A stretch of DNA of 64,000 bases from a virus, in IMG/VR virus record IMGVR_UViG_3300033156_000392, positions 1-64,000 of that record. One strand, given 5' to 3'. The translations under genes and the position numbers were made by a program. Every line of letters begins with the position of its first letter. The first letter of the stretch is position 1. This document shows, in pieces, positions 16,851-25,762 of this stretch. Under the pieces are notes generated by a model. That model was given only the letters and a program-made list of their open reading frames with translations, made no database searches and was not told the origin of the DNA.

Positions 16851-19139
16851 ATACATGAACAAAGACGTCTGACCGTCTCTTATGCTCTCAAAAGGCTTGT
16901 CTATCAGCTTCAGAAGCTCGTCAACTATGTTGGCGAACCTTTTCTTGTAGAAGTCCACGTCTACTCTCTTTTTCAGCTTCTTTCTGATCTTCTTCTCAAG
17001 TGCTTCGTTGAGAGCTATCCAGTTCACGTATCCGAACTCTCTACACGGTCTGACTCTCACTATCACGGGCTTCGACCCTTTTCCGAACCTCGTCTTGAAG
17101 AGAGTGTTGGACGCCTCTATGGCTCTCAGGTGTGCTGGCTTCCTACTTGGTATGTACTCCGATGGAGGCTTCTTCACCTGTACTGGTCTCCCTAGATCCA
17201 TCAGAGAGGAGAAGGAGAGCTTCTTGAGCTTCTCGTACCTCTCTAGGACTAAAGAAACTATTTCTTTAGGCTCTTTCTTCTGCAGAATAGCTTGAGAGAG
17301 GAGCTCCTGAGTCCCTGCAAGAAACTCCTCAGAGTCCGATCTAACGAACTGTATTCCTTTCTTCCAGACTCTTCCCTCAGAGTCTATTCCAGCGTATCTC
17401 TTCTTGGTGAGGAAGAAAATTCTCTTGAAGACCGTCTGAGCTTCAAGGAGCAGGCCAGGTGGGGAGTTCTTCTCCACTAGAGAGACGATTTCCTCATATT
17501 GTTTCTCTGGAGCGTATAAGAAAGCAGAGTCCGTGTCTGCATAGAGAACTCTCACACCCTCACTCTCCACTTTCTCGATGAACTCCTTGATGTGCTTTCT
17601 TCCAGCAGCCGTTATAGATTCTGCTATCCAGGGCATTCTAGCTCTCAGATTGTGTCTTGTAGCTCCATAGAAGCTGTTCAAGACTCTTTTTACCGCCTCA
17701 TGTTTCGTTTTGAGTCTCTGATACTCTTCTCCGGTGCTCTTTCTCATCTTTCTCTTGAGGCTCTCTTTTAGTCTCTTCACTTTCTCTACTGCTTGGGGGA
17801 GCAGACCTTTTGGCTTCGAGACGAAGGAGTAGTTCTCTATTCTGAGGTCTCCATCATGGTCATACGTCTCCGGAGAGATGTTATAGAGGATGATGAGTGA
17901 GGGATAGAAGCCTGAGAAGTCCACCAGCACTACGTTCTCGAAGATTCCGACCTCTGGCTCTCTCACGTAAGCTCCCTCGTATCTGTCTTCTTCCTCTTCT
18001 TTCTTCGGCTTGTTCTCCAGGACTTTTCCTTTCTCCTTTGCCAGTCTCAGAAGAACTATGTCCACGAGAGTAGACTTGTGGAAGACGTCTTCCCACTGAG
18101 ACCCAGTCACTCCTCTCACCTCGTCAAAGAAGTCGAATATTCCGAGTATTTCTTCAAGCTCTAAGAGTCCTTTCACGTCGTTCTCACACCTCTTTACTAG
18201 CTTCTCTGGGTTCTTTTTCCACGTTTCCTCGAACGTTCCTTCAATCTCTATTTTCTCCACCGGGACGGAGTGTCTCTTCAATATCTCTCCGAGAGCCTCG
18301 TTCCAAGAGCTCCTCAGCTCTCTCCCAACCCATTCTCGGTAGATTCTCGAGTAGTCTAGAACTGTTCTTCCCTTCACGGTCCATCTTCCTTCCTCGTCTC
18401 TCCTGACGAATCTCAGAGGAGAGAGAGCCCTGACGTAAGGGACTTTCAGCTTCCTGCATCTCTCGACCAAGTAGGGAAGGTCGAAGTTCTCTACGTTGAA
18501 CCCTGTTATAATGTCTGGATCTATTCTGTCTATCTCCTGTATGAACTTTCTGAGCATTTGCTTCTCACTCTTGAAGTCCGTTAGCTTGAGCGTCCTCACT
18601 TTCCTCTCCCAGTTGTCCACGTAGGAAATCACGACTATCGGCCTCTTCTTTTCCTCCATGAGAGTGTCTATCCCTTCCTCTCCTGCAGGAACTTCTATGT
18701 CGAAATAGAGGACTTTAAAGAGAGATTTTCCGTTATTGACTGGTCTGAACCGTCTTTTCTCCAAATCAAGCTCTATAAACTTATGTATTCCGGAATCAAT
18801 CATATATCTCCTAGTAAATGGAATATCAGACTCATATGTGGCTACTTTCCTCTGCAGAGAGTTGTTTCTGAGCCTCTTTATGTCTGTAGGATTACGTGTG
18901 AATATCTTTATGAGCTCGTCACTGGAGGTGAGAAGCTTCTCTCTGCATATCTCTGACGCCGTTATGTAGACTCTCGGCACTCTCCCCGAGATGTAGTCTC
19001 TCTTCTTCACGTAGCAGTAGGGTCTGAAGTCGTCTACTTTTATGACTACTCTCTCTTTCTCCTCTGACCATCCAAAAAGAAAAAGAAAAGGTCTCTCCTG
19101 ACGTGTGACGTACTCCACTCTGTTCACACAGACTCTCAT
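16794..19139 (-). CDS. polB: Family B DNA polymerase with proofreading exonuclease
   Basis: FDIE, GFNVENFDLPYL, DFSGFYPS, KRVLNSFYG, YADTDS, KKRY; C-terminal PIP-like QTSLFMYL. Confidence 0.97.
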   Translation of the reverse strand: MRVCVNRVEYVTRQERPFLFLFGWSEEKERVVIKVDDFRPYCYVKKRDYISGRVPRVYITASEICREKLLTSSDELIKIFTRNPTDIKRLRNNSLQRKVATYESDIPFTRRYMIDSGIHKFIELDLEKRRFRPVNNGKSLFKVLYFDIEVPAGEEGIDTLMEEKKRPIVVISYVDNWERKVRTLKLTDFKSEKQMLRKFIQEIDRIDPDIITGFNVENFDLPYLVERCRKLKVPYVRALSPLRFVRRDEEGRWTVKGRTVLDYSRIYREWVGRELRSSWNEALGEILKRHSVPVEKIEIEGTFEETWKKNPEKLVKRCENDVKGLLELEEILGIFDFFDEVRGVTGSQWEDVFHKSTLVDIVLLRLAKEKGKVLENKPKKEEEEDRYEGAYVREPEVGIFENVVLVDFSGFYPSLIILYNISPETYDHDGDLRIENYSFVSKPKGLLPQAVEKVKRLKESLKRKMRKSTGEEYQRLKTKHEAVKRVLNSFYGATRHNLRARMPWIAESITAAGRKHIKEFIEKVESEGVRVLYADTDSAFLYAPEKQYEEIVSLVEKNSPPGLLLEAQTVFKRIFFLTKKRYAGIDSEGRVWKKGIQFVRSDSEEFLAGTQELLSQAILQKKEPKEIVSLVLERYEKLKKLSFSSLMDLGRPVQVKKPPSEYIPSRKPAHLRAIEASNTLFKTRFGKGSKPVIVRVRPCREFGYVNWIALNEALEKKIRKKLKKRVDVDFYKKRFANIVDELLKLIDKPFESIRDGQTSLFMYLGEEKNLENKTKDDGKEG

Positions 19140-20089
19140 CCTATCACACGTGGGATGGAGAGCTCCGGTATAGGATAGATGCCTATGGTTTCCATGTAGA
19201 ATCTGTCTCCAGACGACCAGAGTCTTCCTGTGGCAACCACCGTCGAGTCTTCGTCAACGGTCAGAGGTACCCACGGATAGAGTCTGCATCTGAGAGAGAT
19301 GTCAGGCTCTTCCACGTCTACCAGATCCACGGAGAATCTTCCGTTCTCTCCTCTAGGCTCTCGGATCCTGTAGATCACACCCTCCACGAAGGTGTATCTC
19401 TGGTTCCTTCGAGCCTTCGTGTGCTCGGGGAGCTGGTATATGGGCACCAGCACTTTCTGGTTGCTCAGAATGTCTCTGACGTCCGGCACTGCCCCTTCCT
19501 TAGCCGTAAACTCGGTGTGCTCAGAGGAGTCCAGACGGAGAACGCCGTTCACGACGTTTCCCTCCAGTGCCTTGAAGGAATAGAGACCGTTGGGCTTCGG
19601 TCCTTCCTCTGAAGCCTTCTCACCGTACATGGTCAGCCAGAAAGGCATCCACGCTCCTCCTCTCTTCAGGGCACCGAGTATGTCTCTGACGTACTCGTAC
19701 CCGGAGAGAGGCTGTCCGTGGTTGGGATTGGGTCTTCCACGTACGTACGGCCTCCAGTCGATGGGAGTACCGTCTGGATCGACCATCCCTCTCTTTATGG
19801 CTGCCTGTAGGTCTTTCTTCGAGAAGCCTTCTGCTATTCTCTTCATCTCTTCTATCACGTTCCTGAGCTCCGAAACACCGAGAATCACACCCTCGAAGTC
19901 CACTGCAGTTCTCCTTGCCATTCTCTCTCTTCGCAGCTTGTTCACTGTCTTGTTCAGAGCAAGCTTCTCCTTGTTCCCTGACTCTGGGAGAGTGGACAGC
20001 ACCTCGTTGTAGATTTTCTCCACTTCGTCAAGAGAGACACCAAACTTGTTGGAGACTTTCTCCAACTTTGTTTTCACTTTTTCATCCAT
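19136..20089 (-). CDS. Putative single-stranded DNA-binding (RPA-like OB-fold) protein
   Basis: Helical N-terminus like archaeal RPA, two predicted beta-barrel regions, adjacent to polB. Confidence 0.5.
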   Translation of the reverse strand: MDEKVKTKLEKVSNKFGVSLDEVEKIYNEVLSTLPESGNKEKLALNKTVNKLRRERMARRTAVDFEGVILGVSELRNVIEEMKRIAEGFSKKDLQAAIKRGMVDPDGTPIDWRPYVRGRPNPNHGQPLSGYEYVRDILGALKRGGAWMPFWLTMYGEKASEEGPKPNGLYSFKALEGNVVNGVLRLDSSEHTEFTAKEGAVPDVRDILSNQKVLVPIYQLPEHTKARRNQRYTFVEGVIYRIREPRGENGRFSVDLVDVEEPDISLRCRLYPWVPLTVDEDSTVVATGRLWSSGDRFYMETIGIYPIPELSIPRVIG

Positions 20090-20188
20090 ATGTTCACCAC
20101 TCCTTCTTGGGAACTTCTCTTTTAAAGCCTTTCTGAAATTTATAAAGAAAGGACACCTTTAAATATCCTTCTGCTCTATCTAATACGG

Positions 20189-21145
20189 ATGAACATGAAG
20201 AAAGAAGTTAGCACAATAAGTAAGGAAGAAGCGGAAGAGCTCCTGGGAGGGAAGGCACACAACGTTTCTTCACACTCCGATGCGGACGGTATTTCTGCAG
20301 CAGTTCTCTTCAGTTTGGCTTGGAAAGTCAACTCCATAAGGTTTCCAGAGAGGTTCGGTGACGTGAAGAACGGAGAGACTGTCCTGGATATGACTCCTCT
20401 GGAGGAGGGATTTGAGGGGATTATCATAGATCACCACATCCCAAGGTGTGAGTACCCGAACGCCGTCTATCTGCACGGTGACGAGCCAGCCACCTATTTG
20501 GTCTACTCACTCTCCAAGGAGAGAATACCACCGGAGCAGAGATGGAAGGTAGTCATCGGGTGTGTGGGTGACGGATCGGAGGAAGTCGTTCCTCCAGACG
20601 TGTGGATAAAAAACAAAGACTTGATAGTCGAGATGTCACAGGTGTACAGTGGGAGAGGAGGGATAGATCTCTATCCAAGACCTCTCTTCGAGAAGCTCTC
20701 ACCAGCTCTCAATGCCTTCGCAAGGACTGGACATCCTGATATAGGATACAGAGTCCTTATGCAGTCTGCTACTCCTAGAGACTTCTTGTCACACACTCTG
20801 GTAGACGAGCACAAGAAAATGCTCCAGCAGGAGGAGAGCAGAGTCCTTAAAGAATACCCGGTGAGAGAGGTGGGTCCCGTCTACTACTGGGAGATCAACA
20901 CTTCTTTCCACATGTCGTACTTGGCTTCCAAGCTCCTCTCCAAGAAGCACAAGACAGTCATTCTGGTGAACGCCTACAACAACAGTCTGTCTATAAGAGG
21001 TCCTCTTGCGGAGGTAGCCAGAGTCTTTCTCTCCGACATATGTGATCTCGGTGGCCACAGAGGGTTCATAGGAGGGAGCATAAAGGCTGGAGTAGATAGA
21101 AAAGAAGTTCTACGTACCTTCATCCGTAAATGGTGGAGCACTTGA
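20189..21145 (+). CDS. DHH-family phosphoesterase (RecJ-like)
   Basis: HSDADG, LDM, IDHH, GGH motifs. Confidence 0.85.
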   Translation: MNMKKEVSTISKEEAEELLGGKAHNVSSHSDADGISAAVLFSLAWKVNSIRFPERFGDVKNGETVLDMTPLEEGFEGIIIDHHIPRCEYPNAVYLHGDEPATYLVYSLSKERIPPEQRWKVVIGCVGDGSEEVVPPDVWIKNKDLIVEMSQVYSGRGGIDLYPRPLFEKLSPALNAFARTGHPDIGYRVLMQSATPRDFLSHTLVDEHKKMLQQEESRVLKEYPVREVGPVYYWEINTSFHMSYLASKLLSKKHKTVILVNAYNNSLSIRGPLAEVARVFLSDICDLGGHRGFIGGSIKAGVDRKEVLRTFIRKWWST

Positions 21146-21366
21146 GAGTGGAGAAGGTAGCGTATAGAGTTTGGTCAGTGAGTGATGAGAATGGGGAGCA
21201 CTACGTCACCGTGGAGAGGGGAAACTGGAAGTGCATCTCGTGCCTGGAGTTTCTCCGGAAGAGATCCTGTCCTCACATTAGGAGAGTGTGGGAGTACCTT
21301 AAGGAGGAGAGAAAGTGGGACGGAAGTGTAGTGTCTGCGGAAGGAGAAAGGAAGGAGCAGAGGTGA
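21130..21366 (+). CDS. SWIM-like zinc-finger protein
   Basis: HYVTV...WKCISC...SCPHI. Confidence 0.65.
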   Translation: MVEHLRVEKVAYRVWSVSDENGEHYVTVERGNWKCISCLEFLRKRSCPHIRRVWEYLKEERKWDGSVVSAEGERKEQR

Positions 21367-21554
21367 ACGGTGTGTACTACTGCATGAGCCATCTGCAGGG
21401 TCTAAGGGTCGTCTGTCCTCTCTGCAAGGAGTCTTTCATAGTCGCCAACTCGGAGAAGTACAGACATCTGGTTTACTCTAAGAACGGAGTTCTCAAGATA
21501 GTTTGTCCTCTTAAAATAAGAAAGAAAGGAGGTGAGAGAAAGTGCCTTCGCTGA
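21315..21554 (+). CDS. Cys-rich zinc-finger protein
   Basis: CSVC...YCMSH...CPLC...C. Confidence 0.55.
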   Translation: MGRKCSVCGRRKEGAEVNGVYYCMSHLQGLRVVCPLCKESFIVANSEKYRHLVYSKNGVLKIVCPLKIRKKGGERKCLR

Positions 21555-22513
21555 AGGACATAAAAGGGCTAGGGCCGAAGAGCATAGCAAAGCTTGAGGA
21601 GAACGGTATAACCAGCATAGACCAGATAGCGGGGATGGATCCTACTGAACTCATGAGAATCACTAGCTGGGGAAAGGCTCTGTGTGAGAGAGTGATAAAG
21701 GACGCAAAAGCTCTCTCCATAGACAACCTTATCCCACTACGGACAGCTGCAGAGGTCGAGGAAGAGAGAAAGAGCAAAGTCAAGTACTACTCCACTGGCT
21801 GTGTAGACCTGGACAAGATTCTCGGTGGTGGAGTGGAGACGGACTGCATACTCGGAGTAGCAGGACATTTGGGCTCTGGGAAGACCAACTTCTGCTTCTC
21901 AGTGGGAGTTTCATGCATCCAAGAGGGAAGAAAAGTCGTCTACATCGAGACTGAGCCTGGGATATTCAGGCTCGACAGAGTCCTGGAGATAGCAAAGAAC
22001 AGGAACGTCGACATGGATCCCAACGACTTTCTTGTGGTCGATGCAAAGGTCATAGACAACGACCCAGAGAAGCTCCTTCTCTCGTATGACAGAGTGGAGA
22101 AGGCAGTGAAGAACGGAATGGACATAGGTCTTCTCTGTGTGGACTCCTTTGCGGCTCCCATCAGGTCTTTCTACGTCGGAAGACAGTCTCTCGGAGACAG
22201 ATCAAAGATGATATCGAGGCACATCAGATCTCTGCAGAAGCTGGCTGCCAAGCACAATCTGGCCGTCATCCTGACCGACCAAGTGATGTCCCAGCCAGTG
22301 GCGGAGCCTGCTCTGCAAGCAATGACCGAGGCTATCTACGGCACACATAAGATACCAGTGCTCGGAGACACTCTCCTGCACTCAGTGACCATATGGCTCT
22401 CTCTTGAGAGAAGAGGAAAGAAGAAGTGGAGAGGGATAGCCTTCGATGCACCACACTTGCCCATTGGAGAGGCTTTCTTCTGCATAGGTCCAGCCGGAAT
22501 ACAGAAAATATAG
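21542..22513 (+). CDS. radA: RadA/Rad51-like recombinase
   Basis: N-terminal HhH (IKGLGPKS), LDKILGGG, Walker A GHLGSGKT, Walker B LLCVDS. Confidence 0.9.
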   Translation: MPSLKDIKGLGPKSIAKLEENGITSIDQIAGMDPTELMRITSWGKALCERVIKDAKALSIDNLIPLRTAAEVEEERKSKVKYYSTGCVDLDKILGGGVETDCILGVAGHLGSGKTNFCFSVGVSCIQEGRKVVYIETEPGIFRLDRVLEIAKNRNVDMDPNDFLVVDAKVIDNDPEKLLLSYDRVEKAVKNGMDIGLLCVDSFAAPIRSFYVGRQSLGDRSKMISRHIRSLQKLAAKHNLAVILTDQVMSQPVAEPALQAMTEAIYGTHKIPVLGDTLLHSVTIWLSLERRGKKKWRGIAFDAPHLPIGEAFFCIGPAGIQKI

Positions 22514-22514
22514 A

Positions 22515-23165
22515 GTGGCGGGTGAGAGAGTGCAGATACTGGTGGACGTCAAGGAGCCTCCAGTGATGAGAGAGAGGCTCGTGGAGCTGGGCTTCGACGT
22601 TAAGGTGGAGAAGCTCCAAGTGGGAGACTACCAAGTCGGAGAGTACGTGGTGGAGAGAAAGACAGTAAAGGACTTTCTCTCGTCCATACTGGACAGAAAG
22701 AGACCCGACAGATTCAGAGTGCAGCTGATGAACTTGGCAGACGTGGAGAAGAGAGCTCTGATCATAGAGGGGTACAGACCTTCCAGAAGGGAGAAGATAT
22801 ACAAGACGTACATAGGATGGATGGTGGGAATAGAGGACGGATGGAAGATACCAGTGTACGAGACGAGAGACGAGACGGAGACGGCTCTCCTCCTCCATTT
22901 CTTGTACAGGAGATCAAAGAAGAAAGAGTTCCTGAGACCAGTCAGGAAGAGAGGTACGTCTCTCAGAGAGAGGAAGGAGGACATTCTCTGCTGTGTCCCG
23001 GGAATAGGGAGGAAGCAAGCTAGAGCTCTCTTGGCTAGGGAGCCCGTCATAGGGAAGCTTCTCTCCCTCCCGAGAGAGGAGCTGGAGAAAATAGAGGGTG
23101 TGAGAAAGAGGTCCATAGACGAGCTCTTGAAGCACTTCTGGGAGAGTGGTGAAGATGATAGTTAA
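22515..23165 (+). CDS. xpf: XPF/ERCC4 structure-specific endonuclease (short form, nuclease plus HhH)
   Basis: GDY...VERKTVKDF motif; VPGIGRKQA HhH. Confidence 0.9.
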   Translation: MAGERVQILVDVKEPPVMRERLVELGFDVKVEKLQVGDYQVGEYVVERKTVKDFLSSILDRKRPDRFRVQLMNLADVEKRALIIEGYRPSRREKIYKTYIGWMVGIEDGWKIPVYETRDETETALLLHFLYRRSKKKEFLRPVRKRGTSLRERKEDILCCVPGIGRKQARALLAREPVIGKLLSLPREELEKIEGVRKRSIDELLKHFWESGEDDS

Positions 23166-23292
23166 GTACGTCTGTGGAGTCTGTGGATACACAAGTCCCG
23201 AAGTCAGGACAGACTCTCTCCTCACCGAGAGCAAGACGTGTCCAATTTGCTTCAGTCCTCTTGAGGTGGAGGTGGTGGAGGTGACGTCATGA
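23155..23292 (+). CDS. 45-aa zinc-ribbon protein (not in ORF track)
   Basis: YVCGVCG...TCPICF; translationally coupled on both sides. Confidence 0.6.
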   Translation: MIVKYVCGVCGYTSPEVRTDSLLTESKTCPICFSPLEVEVVEVTS

Positions 23293-24434
23293 AGATACTC
23301 CTTCTGGCAGCCTCTCCCTTCCTCCAGACGGCGTATGGGTACATAGGGAGGTGTCTCGGGAAGACTCTCGCTCTGAAGCACGAGGTGTACTACTTCGGAG
23401 CAAAGTACTACGGTCTCCCCTACTCGAGAGACGGGTACGTCCTTCTTCCCACTGCTCTCTCTTCCTCTGGCCAAGAGATAAAGACAGGGACGGAGAGAGC
23501 CATAGCAGCCATCAACAGAATAAAGCCTGACATCTTAGTTACTCTCGGGGACCTTCTCTTCCTCAAGTATCTTGAGGTCGTGAGAGAGAGGCCGTACTGG
23601 ATAGGATACTTCCCGGTGGAGTCCGATCCCTTCAGACCCTCAGAGATAGGAACCGCTAGAAAGATGGACTTAGCCGTTGTCCCGACTAAGTGGGGGCAGA
23701 GAGTGCTCAAGAGAGACGGTGTGGAGGCTGAGTACATACCACATCCCTTGAATCCCTCTTTCTACCACGTACGGAAGGAGAAAGCTAGGTCTATGCTCCT
23801 CACTACGGAGGACAGAGACCTAAAGAAACAGTTTATTTTCGGGTACTGTGGGACCAACGTCGAGAGGAAGAGAATAGACAGGCTGATGGAGGCTTTCAAG
23901 AGTGCTTTCAAAGGGGAGGAGGACGTTCTTCTCTGGCTGAACACTCCCACAACGGATCCTCTTGGCTGGGATCTGCCGTACATGTCAAAGGTGCTGGGGA
24001 TAGAGAAGCAGGTAGTCTTCACCTCATACATCGACTTCTTCCCTCCCTCTGAGGAGGAGCTGAACACCATCTACAACTCGTGGGACGTCCACGTCACAGC
24101 ATCCTCCGGAGAGGGATTCTGCCTCCCCGTCCTCGAGACTATGTCTCTCGGGAAGCCACAGATAGGGACGAAATACTCCTCTCTCCCGGAGCTGATAGGA
24201 GACTCCGGGATACTGGTTCCTCCTAGAGAGATAGTCTTCGGAAATCTTGGGCACAGAGCTCTGGTCGACATAGACCTTCTCGCAGAGGCTATGAGAAAGA
24301 TGTACGAGAACGAGGAAGCAAGGAGAGTTTTCTCTGCCAGAGCAGAGGAGAGAGGGAAGGAGTACGAGTACAAGAGAGTGATGACGCAGTGGCTCTCTCT
24401 CCTTGACAGAGTGGAGGAGGATCTCTTTGGCTAG
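23289..24434 (+). CDS. GT4-like (GT-B) glycosyltransferase
   Basis: GTNVERKRID, SSGEGFCLPVLETMSLGKP. Confidence 0.9.
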   Translation: MKILLLAASPFLQTAYGYIGRCLGKTLALKHEVYYFGAKYYGLPYSRDGYVLLPTALSSSGQEIKTGTERAIAAINRIKPDILVTLGDLLFLKYLEVVRERPYWIGYFPVESDPFRPSEIGTARKMDLAVVPTKWGQRVLKRDGVEAEYIPHPLNPSFYHVRKEKARSMLLTTEDRDLKKQFIFGYCGTNVERKRIDRLMEAFKSAFKGEEDVLLWLNTPTTDPLGWDLPYMSKVLGIEKQVVFTSYIDFFPPSEEELNTIYNSWDVHVTASSGEGFCLPVLETMSLGKPQIGTKYSSLPELIGDSGILVPPREIVFGNLGHRALVDIDLLAEAMRKMYENEEARRVFSARAEERGKEYEYKRVMTQWLSLLDRVEEDLFG

Positions 24435-25581
24435 GATACTGGTTCTCTCCAACTCTCCCTTGAACCCCTCCGGGTTCGGGACTGCATGTGACGTCATATG
24501 TAGGTCTCTGGCTGACAGACATGAGGTGATGGCTCTCCCCCTCTTCCTCCCTTCTCCGTCTCCTCTCTCCTTCAACGGCTACCAGGTCCTTCCTACAAGA
24601 CAGGGATTCTACTCTCTCATGAGAGAGAAGGAAGGAAAGTACCTGCTGGACTACTACTCTCCGGACTTGGTCATAACCATGTGTGATCTCTATCTCTTCT
24701 CCGGATTCAGACCCAAAGTTCCTTGGATAGCATGCTTCCCGGTCGACGGTGACCCTCCGAGACCCTCAGAGAGAGAAGTCTCAAAGATTCCAGACGTACT
24801 GGTAGCCATATCCAAGTTCGGGAAGAGAATGGTCAGGAAGTACTGGGGAGAAGACGCCGTCTACATTCCTCACGCCGTCTTGGACGACTTCAGGCCAGTA
24901 CGGAAAAAGAGAGCAAAGGAGGCGTTCGGAATAGACGCTGAGAAGATAGTATTCGGCTACAACGGGTCGAACGACGTGAGGAAGCTCCTGAACGTCCTTC
25001 TCCAAGCTTGGAAGAGAGCGTTCGGTGACAGTGATGACACTCTCCTCCTCCTGAACACTCCTCGTGTCAGGAACTCTCCGAGATCTTTCGACACCACTGC
25101 TCTCATAGAGGGACTCCAAGTAGAGAACTGTCTGATACCTTTCGAGACTCTCGTCAGACCTCCCTCAAGAGCAGAGATCAATCTTTTCTACAACGCTCTG
25201 GACGTCCACGTGATGGTGACTGGAGGAGAGGGATTCGGACTACCGATAGCCGAGAGCATGGCCTGTGGAGTCCCCAACATAGGGACGAACTTCTCTGCCA
25301 TCCCCGAGATCATGGGTGGAGGAGGGGTCAAGGTGAGAGTCAGAACCGTTCTCTTGGACACTTTCGGATCGGGGAAAGCCATACCGGAGGTCTCTGACGT
25401 AGCCAGGAAGATGAAGCTCCTGAAGGAGAGAGAGGAGCTGAGAAAGGAGCTCGGAAACTGTGCTCTCATGGAGGCTGACAGGTACAGAATGGAAAAGGTA
25501 GCTCCTCTCTGGGAGGACTTGGTGGAGAGAGTCCTCCAAGAAAAGTATATAAGGGGTAAGAGAAAGACTCTTCATAGGTGA
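24427..25581 (+). CDS. GT4-like glycosyltransferase, paralogue of the upstream gene
   Basis: GSNDVRK, GGEGFGLPIAESMACGVP; start assigned to TTG 24427. Confidence 0.9.
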   Translation: MARILVLSNSPLNPSGFGTACDVICRSLADRHEVMALPLFLPSPSPLSFNGYQVLPTRQGFYSLMREKEGKYLLDYYSPDLVITMCDLYLFSGFRPKVPWIACFPVDGDPPRPSEREVSKIPDVLVAISKFGKRMVRKYWGEDAVYIPHAVLDDFRPVRKKRAKEAFGIDAEKIVFGYNGSNDVRKLLNVLLQAWKRAFGDSDDTLLLLNTPRVRNSPRSFDTTALIEGLQVENCLIPFETLVRPPSRAEINLFYNALDVHVMVTGGEGFGLPIAESMACGVPNIGTNFSAIPEIMGGGGVKVRVRTVLLDTFGSGKAIPEVSDVARKMKLLKEREELRKELGNCALMEADRYRMEKVAPLWEDLVERVLQEKYIRGKRKTLHR

Positions 25582-25582
25582 T

Positions 25583-25744
25583 ATGATGGAAGAAATAACA
25601 GAAAAGAAAGTCGTACTAGGGAGCGTTCTGGCTGGCTTCGCTCTAGTGGGGTACGTTCTGAACTTCCACGAGCTGACAGCCATCATGATAGCTCTCTTGG
25701 CTGGTCTCTTCGGCTTGGAAGGGTACAACAAGCTCAAGAAATAG
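25583..25744 (+). CDS. 53-aa two-TM membrane protein (holin-like size; not in ORF track)
   Basis: MMEEITEKKVVLGSVLAGFALVGYVL...IMIALLAGLFGLEGYNKLKK with RBS AGGTGA. Confidence 0.55.
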   Translation: MMEEITEKKVVLGSVLAGFALVGYVLNFHELTAIMIALLAGLFGLEGYNKLKK

Positions 25745-25762
25745 ACAGAGAGAGGACTACAA

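Noticed and set aside
16794-19139. Intein in PolB (also checked RadA and TerL)
   Set aside because: Lengths are ordinary and catalytic motifs are contiguous, with no intein splice junctions.
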